In this document: positions 10,001 through 19,966 of the stretch, in pieces
Position numbering within the stretch: position 1 is the first letter of the stretch
Layout of the letters: each line of letters begins with the position of its first letter
Notes under the pieces: model-generated
Database searches by the model: none
What the model saw: only the letters and a program-made list of their open reading frames with translations
Told to the model about the DNA's origin: nothing
Source of the DNA: an uncultured bacterium
GTDB lineage: Bacteria; Krumholzibacteriota; Krumholzibacteriia; LZORAL124-64-63
Direction of reading: 5' to 3'
NCBI GenBank assembly: GCA_963727525.1
Contig: CAVSGO010000006.1
Span: 64,001-128,000 of the forward strand
Length of the DNA stretch: 64,000 nt
Made by a program: the position numbers and the translations under genes

Positions 10001-10791
10001 AGCGTCTCGGTGCCGTGCCGGGCCTGCTGGAAGTAGTCGCCGGGTTCCTGCGCCACGATGGTGTCGTTGTCGACGAAGTCGTACTGGGCGATGACGTCGA
10101 TGTTCTGCAACGCCATGTGGGTGCGGTTGAAGCCGGAGTCGAGCATACCCACGATCACGCCGTGTCCGCTGAGGCCCAGCTCGTGGGCGGGCGGCACGTC
10201 GATCTGCTCGAGGGTGGCCAGACTGGAGCCATAGCTGAGTTGCCAGCGATCTCCGGACGCGGCCCTGGCCGCATCGTTGCGGGCGGCAGCCCGGGCCTCG
10301 TCGGCTGGCGACACGGCCAGCTCGGGGCGGACGAACTTCGCCACCAGGTCCACCCTGGTCACGAAGGGCAAGCGCGCGATGGCGGCGATCTGGTCCGGCC
10401 TGGCGTTCACGCTGATGGCATCGAGCCAGCGCGACGTCCGGCGTAGGGCCGCGCCGGTGGCCGTGACGGCGCGCACGTAGGCGGCGTCCACGGGCAGGTC
10501 GTGGGTGTCCACGAGGCGGGACCCCGCCGGTTTCACCCTGGCGCGACGGGCCAGCGCGCGCGCCGTCAGGCGCTGCTCCTCGCGGTCGAGGGCGGCCGGC
10601 AGGTCGGATGCGCTCACGCCCTTGTCGGTGAACGAGACCCAGATGGCCCAGGTGCCGTCGGCCTGACGCAGGGGCGCTGCGGGATCGGTGAGCGCGTGGG
10701 CGAGGCGCGGCGAAACTTCGGCGCGCGCCGCGCTCGGCACGACCAGGACCACGGTCACGGCGAGGATCAGCGTCATCAGGAAACGGCGCAT
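7021..10791 (-). CDS. Secreted multidomain S8 subtilase with P-domain and FlgD-Ig/T9SS-like CTD
   Basis: LDSG, HGT, SAGN, GTSFATP catalytic motifs; IPDN...ITHP..GQL P-domain; PNPFNP...HKMMLVR tail. Confidence 0.92.
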   Translation of the reverse strand: MRRFLMTLILAVTVVLVVPSAARAEVSPRLAHALTDPAAPLRQADGTWAIWVSFTDKGVSASDLPAALDREEQRLTARALARRARVKPAGSRLVDTHDLPVDAAYVRAVTATGAALRRTSRWLDAISVNARPDQIAAIARLPFVTRVDLVAKFVRPELAVSPADEARAAARNDAARAASGDRWQLSYGSSLATLEQIDVPPAHELGLSGHGVIVGMLDSGFNRTHMALQNIDVIAQYDFVDNDTIVAQEPGDYFQQARHGTETLSLVMGFKNGELIGTAYGASAILAKTEDIESETPIEEDNWVAGIEWEESLGVDVVTSSLGYYYWYDFSDLDGDTAVTTIAADMAFDLGVCVFNSAGNERQNSDFPHILPPADGHNVLALAAVDLDGNIASFSSPGPTYDGRIKPDLSAQGVSNIVAYWDGATGYSAVDGTSFATPLVAGVAALILERVPSLTPAQVRDALKATADRTDNPDNDYGWGIVDAYAAVTYWGPSIAHTPLVDTEDTVGPYVVTATITDRQGLAGATLSLVWRVDGGPWQTAPLTPAGGDAYTGEIPGQAGGIVDYYLEASDAQGITIRAPLNAPTGVYGFGIGVDTIAPQLFHAPLIDQTLATWPPRVFALASDNIGIADVTLTFAVNGGAQQGPVALAPDGDGYGVDFPLAAGSLQVGDTVTYRLAAQDVAAIPNTTTAGPFTFTVVAALARVLVIDNLFNYAAREQEPSGSPRGVPVEPATSAADIAQWLIDAGYVVDQVDAADVGQNSLPGHDAVVISCGNNQQPLQNPELRDRLLAWVQSGGRLMIEGGDIVYRAYQSPPFSDAFTRTVLHTADWWGDSGTLLVPNPDEDHHLFLNRPHRLPDDIETGVDAGFDVGACDLALPTADALVIMHSVFSIDSAGVLLYDDNSGPDAGQIVFLPFDFGYLNPDQARLLTENALAYLTAPESPGTSSISGVVSLEDGGDASGITVTAGPFHSANTGSDGAYTIAGLWASNYAMTVSRDGYAPATRTVALADGQTLSGVDFTLFPVVAVHETASVNLPIPDNNPAGMTSNINVGDTGALLGVSVDIAITHPSIGQLVVTLTNPQGTVVTLHDHSGSINDDIVGNWPANLVVDGPGSLDDFLGADPQGDWTIFVADTAFGALGAFQTWGLNLLVGSATATAAPATLPTVTRVVGNAPNPFNPQTVIAFDLAAPGPIQLEIYDVRGVRVRRLVADVLPAGRHEVRWDGRDGSGRETASGLYFCRLEATGETMLHKMMLVR

Positions 10792-10873
10792 GGGGGGGCT
10801 CCTTGTCGGGCGCGGGCTCCGCCGTGGCGACGACGGAGCCCGCTGGGGTGGAACGCGCGTGTGGAAGAGCGAC

Positions 10874-12247
10874 CTAGCGGACCAGCATCATCTTGCTGGC
10901 GCGTACGGCCGTATCCGTCACCATCTGCAGCATGTAGGTGCCCGACGGCACGGCGCGGCCGGTCGTGTCGGTGCCCGGCCACAACAGCGCATGCTCGCCG
11001 GCGTCAAAAAGCTCGTTGGCTAGCTCGGTGACCTTGTGCCCGTGCATGTCGAACACGGTGAGGCGCACGTTCTGCGGCTGCGCGAGGCTGAACTTCACGT
11101 TCGTCATCGGGTTGAACGGGTTCGGCGACGCGCCGAGCAGAGCCGTGGCCGGCTGCGGGGTGTCCTGGGGCTGGGTCTGGCCGTGGTCCTCGGTGCTTAC
11201 CGAATTGTCGAGGCGCGCCATGAAGGCGAGATTGAGGAAGCCGCCTTCCTCCACGTAAGACCCGGTGATCGTGTTGCCGTCGCCGGAAATACTCATCGCC
11301 CTCGTAAGCGTCAGACCATCGGCGCCCACCACGTTGTGCCCGGCGAAGTAGTCGGATAGGGTCTGCAGACCCTCGTCCACGGTCCAGATGATCGCCGTGA
11401 CCGAGCTGAAGAACGGGTCGCCGCTGAAACCCACGACCTTGCCGTCGTCCGAAATGCTCAGGCCGGTGCTGCCGTAGGGCTCGTCACCCGGCAGCGTGCC
11501 GATCGGCACCACACCGACGACGTTGTCCCAGTAGAACGCCTCGTTGTTGATGACGCCCGTCATCTTGGTGCCGTCGCTGCTCACGGCATAGACCTCACCC
11601 GGCAAGTCGGGGTCGGCGAGCAACTGAGGGCCGCTGACGTCATCCGTCCAGAAGGCCGCTCGGCGGAAGCCCATGGTTGGATGTTCGTCGAAGCCCACCG
11701 TCACCGTGCCGTCGTCGGAAATATCGGTGGCGCGACTGCTGTTGCCCGAGGAGCCCAGGTTGACGGTGCCGACACCCTGGGTCCACTTGAAGGCCACGGC
11801 GTCGCAGCTGATCCAGCCGAGGCCCACGCCGATCGAACCGTCGAAGTTCAGCGCGTAGCCTGAGCTGAGATCGGAACCGCACGGGGCGCCACCGGGCATT
11901 TCGTCCATGAAGACGAAGCCGCCGGCGGGCGTCCAGTAAGCGGCAGCGTTGAGCCCGTCACTGTTCGGGCGCGTGAAGCACAGCGTGGAACCGTCGCCGG
12001 AGATGGTGCCGCCGCTCGTGGAGAGGCCGCCGGTGTCGATCGTCATGAAGCCGTCGGCCTCGGTCCAGTAAAAGTAGTCGTTCCAGGCGCCGCCCATGGC
12101 CTGGCCGTCGTACGACAGGTAGAGGGTGCCGCCAAAGAACGATCCAGGCAGGTCGGTCAACGGGATGAACGTACCGGTCGCGAACGCTCCGGTCGCGCCG
12201 ATCGCGATGAGCGCGACCACACTCAGGATCATGAGCAGTTTCTTCAT
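10874..12247 (-). CDS. Secreted beta-propeller-like protein (ISxDG/HAF-like repeats) with FlgD-Ig CTD
   Basis: Signal peptide; repeated ISxDG..VG..A..WT units; PNPFNP tail. Confidence 0.75.
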   Translation of the reverse strand: MKKLLMILSVVALIAIGATGAFATGTFIPLTDLPGSFFGGTLYLSYDGQAMGGAWNDYFYWTEADGFMTIDTGGLSTSGGTISGDGSTLCFTRPNSDGLNAAAYWTPAGGFVFMDEMPGGAPCGSDLSSGYALNFDGSIGVGLGWISCDAVAFKWTQGVGTVNLGSSGNSSRATDISDDGTVTVGFDEHPTMGFRRAAFWTDDVSGPQLLADPDLPGEVYAVSSDGTKMTGVINNEAFYWDNVVGVVPIGTLPGDEPYGSTGLSISDDGKVVGFSGDPFFSSVTAIIWTVDEGLQTLSDYFAGHNVVGADGLTLTRAMSISGDGNTITGSYVEEGGFLNLAFMARLDNSVSTEDHGQTQPQDTPQPATALLGASPNPFNPMTNVKFSLAQPQNVRLTVFDMHGHKVTELANELFDAGEHALLWPGTDTTGRAVPSGTYMLQMVTDTAVRASKMMLVR

Positions 12248-12437
12248 GATTGCCTCCAGGGGACATGGCTGGGATTGCCTTGGACACGGATGTGCGATTG
12301 GCCGAAGATCTTGCCAAGTGCCGCAGATCCTAGCAAAATCGGATGGGTCCTAGCAGATTTTCCGGATGGCGTTGACGTTTATGATTTAACAGAATTGGCC
12401 GGCGTCACGGGGTCGCGACGCCGGCCAATGGGGCGGC

Positions 12438-14342
<1,905 letters not shown>

Positions 14343-14422
14343 CGTGCCTCCGGCTTCCTTCTCGCGTCCACGTGGTGTCTGGTGAGCGGGATATCTTAAT
14401 ACGATTTCGGTCCGCGGTCAGG

Positions 14423-16213
14423 TCAAGATTGGGCGTCCAGCTCGGTCCAGCGGCTGTACAGCGCGGCGAGCTGACCCTCGAGGCCGGCGAGGGTGTCGCG
14501 CAGTCCGGCCACCGTGTCGCCGGCGTCCCGGTAGAGGTGCGGGTCGGCGAGGCGGGTCCGCACCCTGGCTTGCTCGATCTCGAGCGCCTCGATCCGTCCG
14601 GGCAGGGCCGCCAGCTCCTGCTGCTCCCGGTAACCGAGGCGCCGCGGCTTCGCGGCAAGGGACGGCGTGGGACGCGTCTTGCGCTCGCCGCGCTCGGCTC
14701 GGGGCTCGGCACTGGCCCGGGCGGTGCGCAGCCAGTCGCTGTACCCGCCCACCGTCTCCACCACGCGGCCGTCGCCGGCCAGGGCCAGGGTGCTGGTGGT
14801 GACATTGTCGAGGAACTCGCGGTCGTGGCTCACCAGCAGGATCGTGCCCGCGAAGGTGCCGAGCAGTTCCTCGAGCAGCTCGAGCGTTTCCAGATCGAGG
14901 TCGTTCGTGGGTTCATCGAGCACCAGCAGATTGGCCGGCCGGGCGAAGAGGCGTGCCAGCAGGAGGCGGTTGCGCTCGCCTCCTGAGAGGCGGGTGATGG
15001 GGGCCCGGGCACGGTCGGGCGAGAAGAGGAAGCTGCCGAGGTAGCTGATGATGTGCACCGGCCTGCCGTCCACGATCACGGTATCGCCCTCGGCGCCCAC
15101 GTTCTCCTGTACGGTGGCTGTTTCGTCGAGCTGGGCGCGTTGCTGGTCGAAGTAGGCGATCGCCAGGTTGGTGCCGTGGTGCACCTGGCCGCCGGCCGGG
15201 CTCAGTTCGCCCAGCAGCAAGCGCAGCAACGTCGTCTTGCCCGAGCCGTTGGGGCCGAGGATACCCACCTTGTCGCCGCGCAGCACCGTGCCGGAGAAGT
15301 CGTCCACGACCGTTCGGTCCCCCCACGCGAAGTTCACGCGCTCCGCCCGGATTACCAGGCGACCGCTGCGGTCGGCCTCCTGCAGCGGCATCTGCACGTC
15401 GCCGGTTTGCACGCGTCGGTCGCGCCGCTCCTCGCGCATCTGCATCAAGGAGCGCACCCGTCCCTCGTTGCGCGTACGACGCGCGAGGATGCCCTGCCGG
15501 ATCCATGCCTCCTCCTGGGCGAGCTTCTTGTCGAACTGCGCCCACTGTTGCCGTTCGGTCTGCATCACGGCGTCGCGTCGCACCAGGAAGGTGGGATAGT
15601 CGCAGGCCCAGTCGCGCAGCCGGCCGCGGTCCAACTCGACGATACGTCCGGCGAGGCCGCGCAGGAACGCGCGATCGTGGGTGACGAAGAGCAGAGTGCC
15701 GCGAAAGCGTTGCAACTCGCTCTCGAGCCAGGTGATGGCCTCGACGTCGAGATGATTGGTGGGCTCGTCGAGCAGCAGCACGTCGGGGTCGATCACCAGG
15801 GCGCGTGCCAGGAGGGCACGACGTTTGGCCCCGGTGGACAGGGTGGCGAAGTCGGCGTCCATGGCCAGACCGGCCCGGGTGACGGCCTGCTCCACGAGGT
15901 GCTGCATCTCCCAGGGCGTGTCGCCTCCCGGGAGGTCGGCGAGGGCAGCCGCCACCACCTGGCCCACCGTACCGCCGAGATCGGCCGGTACCTCCTGCGG
16001 CATCAACCCTATCCGCAGCCCAGCCGTGCGCAAGATCTCGCCGCTGTCGGGCGCCAGCGCGGCGGAGAGCAGCCTCAGCAGTGTCGACTTGCCCTCGCCG
16101 TTGCGGCCCAGCAGCGCGATGTGATCCCCCTTCTCCACGCGCAGGTCGACGTCCACGAGCACGGGCGGCCCGCCGAGCGAGAGCGTCACGGACTTCAGCT
16201 CGAGTATTGCCAT
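14423..16213 (-). CDS. uup: ABC-F ATPase Uup
   Basis: Two ABC domains (GRNGEGKST, GPNGSGKTT, DEPTN twice), WIRQGILARRTRNEGRVR linker, C-terminal coiled coil; start trimmed to MAILELK. Confidence 0.92.
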   Translation of the reverse strand: MAILELKSVTLSLGGPPVLVDVDLRVEKGDHIALLGRNGEGKSTLLRLLSAALAPDSGEILRTAGLRIGLMPQEVPADLGGTVGQVVAAALADLPGGDTPWEMQHLVEQAVTRAGLAMDADFATLSTGAKRRALLARALVIDPDVLLLDEPTNHLDVEAITWLESELQRFRGTLLFVTHDRAFLRGLAGRIVELDRGRLRDWACDYPTFLVRRDAVMQTERQQWAQFDKKLAQEEAWIRQGILARRTRNEGRVRSLMQMREERRDRRVQTGDVQMPLQEADRSGRLVIRAERVNFAWGDRTVVDDFSGTVLRGDKVGILGPNGSGKTTLLRLLLGELSPAGGQVHHGTNLAIAYFDQQRAQLDETATVQENVGAEGDTVIVDGRPVHIISYLGSFLFSPDRARAPITRLSGGERNRLLLARLFARPANLLVLDEPTNDLDLETLELLEELLGTFAGTILLVSHDREFLDNVTTSTLALAGDGRVVETVGGYSDWLRTARASAEPRAERGERKTRPTPSLAAKPRRLGYREQQELAALPGRIEALEIEQARVRTRLADPHLYRDAGDTVAGLRDTLAGLEGQLAALYSRWTELDAQS

Positions 16214-16248
16214 GGCACCATATGCGTCGCGGAAGGAAAGGCGTCCGC

Positions 16249-16794
16249 TCAGATGCTCCAGTTGACGAGCGGCAGCACCGGGAGCTTCGACTTGCTCTGG
16301 ATGATGTTCAGCACCCCGATCTGCAACCCGTGCATTTTCTGGGCGACGTTCACCACGCCGACCTGGACGCCGTTGAAATCGTCGGACACGTTCACGAGAC
16401 CCCACTGCAGGCCCTCGGCCCGCCGGTTCACGTTGACGGCGCCTGACTGCACACCCTGCAGGAAGCCGTCGGTCCGGCTGTAGAACCCGGCCTGCCAGCC
16501 GCTGAAGTCGCCGTCGGTGAGTCCCACGAGAGCCCACTGCACGCCGACCTGGTCGCCGTGCGCGACGGTGATCAGGCCCCAGTCGAGTCCCTTGACGTCG
16601 CGGTTCACGCCATAGAGCAGGGCGAGACGCAGTGCGCTCACCGACGTCTCCTCGCCGGTGGTCTGGACCGGGCTGAACAGCGCGAGATTGAGCGGGCTGC
16701 GGGCCTCGTCGGCCGCGGCGGCCGTGGTCGGTGCGACCACGGCCGGCGTGGCCAGGGCGAGAACGAGGAACGCGTGGGCGAGCGCGTGTCTCAT
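16249..16794 (-). CDS. Secreted LA_2272-like repeat protein
   Basis: Signal peptide; tandem G(V/L)Q.G.VN repeats; ends PLVNWSI. Confidence 0.75.
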   Translation of the reverse strand: MRHALAHAFLVLALATPAVVAPTTAAAADEARSPLNLALFSPVQTTGEETSVSALRLALLYGVNRDVKGLDWGLITVAHGDQVGVQWALVGLTDGDFSGWQAGFYSRTDGFLQGVQSGAVNVNRRAEGLQWGLVNVSDDFNGVQVGVVNVAQKMHGLQIGVLNIIQSKSKLPVLPLVNWSI

Positions 16795-16816
16795 GATCGG
16801 ATCCTGTCGTTGCGAA

Positions 16817-17608
16817 CTATAGCGCGTCGCGCGTGACCGTGGCGTTCTCCACGATGACGTCGTACGCGTAACCCGCGCCGAAATCCTTGTTCGTGGCGAC
16901 GGTGCCCTTGATCAGGACCACGTCGCCGACCTTGGCGTCGCCGTCGGTGGTGACGGTGAGGTCGCCGTCGGCGCCGTTGCTGCTGCCGTCCTGGATGTGC
17001 AGCCAGTTCTTGCCCATCACGTTGCCGGTGCGCTTGACCACCTGGCCGCGCACGAGCACCTGCTTGCCGGCGAGCTTGGCGGCATCGGCGTGGATCTCCG
17101 CCACGGTCACGCCACCGGCAGCCTTGGCCACGCTGCCGGCCGCCACGGTGACGTCGGCCTGATTCAGACCGGAGTGCGGATTGCTGCCACCGCTCATCGC
17201 GCCGCCGCCCATGGAGGCCGGCATGTTCGATGCGCCGCCCTTCTGGATGGCGTTGACGAAGTAGATCTCCGGGAAAGTGCGGTCGAGCGTCTTGCTGGCG
17301 AAGTCCTTCATCACCATGCCGGCGGGCATGGTCACCTCATCGCCCACGGCCACCTCGGTGGTGGGGCCGGCCGCCCAGACGTCGCCATCGGCGGTCTTCA
17401 CGTGGACGTAGGTATAGCCGCCGGAATCCATCGTCTCGGTGACCTCGCCGCTGATGCTGGCCGGGGTCGCGGACGGAGGCGCGGCCTGCTGGCCCTGCGC
17501 GGGGGTGTTCGCGCTGGCCTGCTGCTGGGCGCTGGTGTCGCTCTTGCCCCCGCAGCCGGCGAGCAGGGCGATCAAGGCGATGGCGGCAAGTAACGTACGG
17601 ACCATCAT
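16817..17608 (-). CDS. NrfJ-like OB-fold lipoprotein
   Basis: LLAGC lipobox; GEVTETMDSGGYTY, MGKNWLHIQDG, KDFGAGY motifs; GGGAGG RBS. Confidence 0.75.
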   Translation of the reverse strand: MMVRTLLAAIALIALLAGCGGKSDTSAQQQASANTPAQGQQAAPPSATPASISGEVTETMDSGGYTYVHVKTADGDVWAAGPTTEVAVGDEVTMPAGMVMKDFASKTLDRTFPEIYFVNAIQKGGASNMPASMGGGAMSGGSNPHSGLNQADVTVAAGSVAKAAGGVTVAEIHADAAKLAGKQVLVRGQVVKRTGNVMGKNWLHIQDGSSNGADGDLTVTTDGDAKVGDVVLIKGTVATNKDFGAGYAYDVIVENATVTRDAL

Positions 17609-17678
17609 CGTGAGCCTCCCAAGGGTTTCGAGATTGCCTAGCATGGCCACAAGATAGACCGTACGGGTGGTATTTCAA

Positions 17679-17857
17679 CCCACCTAATTCATGCTGTCGC
17701 GTAGCGAGGCGAGTGGAACGGTCTCTGTGAGCGGGATCTCGCAGGGTTTGTGAGGGAGCCGTACCCGCTGGGGTACGGTGACCGCAGCAAACCCGAGAAA
17801 GCCCGCTCACAGAGACCCGTGACGCCGCCGCAGTAGCGATAGCATGAATTAGGTGGG
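17679..17857. mobile_element. 179-bp MITE-like element with 22-bp TIRs and 5-bp TTCAA direct repeats; folds into a long rod hairpin
   Basis: CCCACCTAATTCATGCTGTCGC (17679-17700) vs GCGATAGCATGAATTAGGTGGG (17836-17857), 21/22 complementary; TTCAA at 17674-17678 and 17858-17862; inner stems GGTCTCTGTGAGCGGG/CCCGCTCACAGAGACC and CCGTACCC/GGGTACGG. Confidence 0.7.
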
Positions 17858-17973
17858 TTCAAGTCGGGCGAGAACCCCCAGGTGCCCAGTTTCGCGCTTG
17901 TCGTGGCGGGACCGATGCCGTTTGCTAGAGTCTCCCGGTAGCCGCGACGGCGCCGGCCACGAGGGAGTGCGCC

Positions 17974-19392
17974 TTGTCCAGTCCGGTCGACCCGGCCGCC
18001 GTGCATGCCAAGACCCGCGCCGCGACCATGTCCGTCATGGCGGCGGTCCTGCTCACCGTCTTGAAACTCACCGTCGGACTCGCCACCGGCAGTCTCGGTC
18101 TCCTGGCCGAGGCGGCGCACTCGGGCCTCGATCTCGTGGCGGCCATCGTCACCTACTTCGCCGTGCGCATCTCGGACCGGCCCGCCGACCACGTTCACCA
18201 GTACGGCCACGGCAAGGTGGAGAACCTGTCGGCGCTGTTCGAGACGGTCCTGCTGCTCGTGACCTGTGTGTGGATCGTCTTCGAGGCGGTGCAGCGCCTG
18301 GCGTACAAGCACGCCCACGTGGAGGCTACGGTGTGGGCCTTCGTCGTGATCATGACGTCGATCGTGGTGGACATCAATCGCTCGCGTATGCTCTACCGCG
18401 CTGCTCGCGAGCACCATAGCCAGGCCCTGGAAGCCGACGCGCTCCATTTCTCCACCGACATCTGGAGTTCTGCCGTCGTCCTGGTGGGGTTGGCCCTGGT
18501 GTGGCTGAGCGGCCGCCTCGGACCCGACTGGCTCTGGCTCGCCAAGGCCGACGCCGTGGCGGCGCTGGGCGTGGCGTGCATCGTCGTCGTGATCAGCATT
18601 CGACTCGGCCAGCGCGCGGTGAACGTGCTGCTCGATGCCGCGCCGCACGGGCTGGTCGCTCGTATCGAGGCCGAGGTGGTGCAAGTGCCGGGCGTGCGCG
18701 AGGTGCGGGACACGCGTGTGCGTCAGAGCGGGGCCGCCACCTTCGTCGATCTCACCGTCGAGGTGGAGCGCAGCGTCGCCCTCGAGGAAGCGCACCGTAT
18801 CGCCACCGAGGTCCAGGAGGCCGTGGCGCAACTCGTGCCGCGCAGCGACGTGGTGGTGCACGTCGATCCGGTGCGGCCGCGCGGCGAGATCCTTCCCGAC
18901 ACCGTGAGCGCCATCGCCACGCGGATGGGGCTGCGTACCCACGACGTGGTGCTCCACGAGATCCGCGGCAGGTTCTACCTGGACATGCACGTCGACGTGC
19001 CGGCCGATCTCTCCCTCGCCGATGCGCACGTGGAGGTGTCCCGCCTGGAGGAGGCGATCCGGGCCGAGCTGCCGCATGGCACCACCATCAACAGCCACAT
19101 CGAGCCGTACCACTCCACCACCCCGCGCGTGGCGGCGCTGGGCGCCGACACCGAGGCGCTCCTGCGTGACCGCATCCTGGCCGCAATGTCGCGTGTACCG
19201 GGCTTGCGTGGCTGCCACGCCTGCCATCTCCGCGCCGGGCTCACCGGCTACGACGTCGTGCTCGATTGCCACGCTCCCGCCGAGCTGTCGGTGGATGAGG
19301 CCCATCGCCTCACCGAGATCGCGGAGTCGCGCTTGCGGGAAGAGATCCCGGGCATCGGGCAGGTCCTCATCCACGTCGAACCCGCCTCCTGA
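17974..19392 (+). CDS. Cation diffusion facilitator with three tandem C-terminal dimerisation domains
   Basis: GSLGLLAEAAHSGLD, HQYGHGKVE, ADALHFSTD; three repeats of 'S(L/V)xEAH...xVH(V/I)(D/E)P'. Confidence 0.9.
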   Translation: MSSPVDPAAVHAKTRAATMSVMAAVLLTVLKLTVGLATGSLGLLAEAAHSGLDLVAAIVTYFAVRISDRPADHVHQYGHGKVENLSALFETVLLLVTCVWIVFEAVQRLAYKHAHVEATVWAFVVIMTSIVVDINRSRMLYRAAREHHSQALEADALHFSTDIWSSAVVLVGLALVWLSGRLGPDWLWLAKADAVAALGVACIVVVISIRLGQRAVNVLLDAAPHGLVARIEAEVVQVPGVREVRDTRVRQSGAATFVDLTVEVERSVALEEAHRIATEVQEAVAQLVPRSDVVVHVDPVRPRGEILPDTVSAIATRMGLRTHDVVLHEIRGRFYLDMHVDVPADLSLADAHVEVSRLEEAIRAELPHGTTINSHIEPYHSTTPRVAALGADTEALLRDRILAAMSRVPGLRGCHACHLRAGLTGYDVVLDCHAPAELSVDEAHRLTEIAESRLREEIPGIGQVLIHVEPAS

Positions 19393-19397
19393 CGCGG

Positions 19398-19841
19398 TCA
19401 GGGCTTCGGTGTGGCGGTCGTGCCCAGGCACAGCGGTGACGCGCCCGCCGAGCGATCGATGAGATCGACGATCGGTGTGCTGCCCATGGCCTCCTCGATG
19501 TGGGCCATGGCGTCGTCGAGCTTGCGGTGCAGGGGGCAGAGCTGCGAACCATGCGCGGGGATGCCCAGTGGGCAGCCATCGAGCCGAGGGATGGGATCGA
19601 TGGCGTTGATCACGTCCAGCGGCGTGATCGTCAGCGGGTCGCGCGCGAGCGTGAAGCCGCCGTGCAGTCCACGCTGCGAGTTCACGAGTTTCGCGCGCAC
19701 GAGGCTTTGCATCACCTTGGCGAGGTAGCCCGCCGGGATCTTCGTGGCGTCCGCGATCGCCCTGGTGGTCTGCGGGGCGTCGCCACGGCTGGCGATCCAT
19801 ACGATCGTGCGGAGGGCGTACTCGGCAGTCCGGGAAATCAA
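19398..19841 (-). CDS. Rrf2 family transcriptional regulator
   Basis: SRTAEYALR, YLAKVMQSL, SQRGLHGGF, CPLG...CPLH; TTG start with GGAGG RBS. Confidence 0.92.
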   Translation of the reverse strand: MISRTAEYALRTIVWIASRGDAPQTTRAIADATKIPAGYLAKVMQSLVRAKLVNSQRGLHGGFTLARDPLTITPLDVINAIDPIPRLDGCPLGIPAHGSQLCPLHRKLDDAMAHIEEAMGSTPIVDLIDRSAGASPLCLGTTATPKP

Positions 19842-19868
19842 CGCGCAGCCTCCGTCTTTCTGCTTACT

Positions 19869-19930
19869 GGACCTTGACATCCACAATGTGCCCGCTATCG
19901 TTGCCCCTGTCAAGAGGACAAAAGCATCCA
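19869..19930. promoter_or_regulatory. Overlapping divergent sigma70 promoters with two GGAC-N5-CATCCA boxes (candidate Rrf2 operators)
   Basis: TTGACA on + (19874-19879) with TATCGT; TTGACA on - (19908-19913) with CACATT; boxes at 19869-19883 and 19916-19930. Confidence 0.6.
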
Positions 19931-19966
19931 GATATCGAGTGAGGCTTCCAGATGGAGGCTGTGGTC

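Noticed and set aside
17679-17857. Confident call as 6S RNA, SRP RNA or retron msr-msd
   Set aside because: No SRP GGAA-loop/AGCAG domain, no open central bubble or zapA/ygfA context typical of 6S, and no reverse transcriptase; flanking direct repeats favour a MITE. Kept only as an alternative.
19213-19227. CHACH (CxxCH) motif in the CDF transporter
   Set aside because: Lies in a cytoplasmic domain, at the position of the metal-binding 'xHxxH/R' strand; heme c attachment is unlikely.
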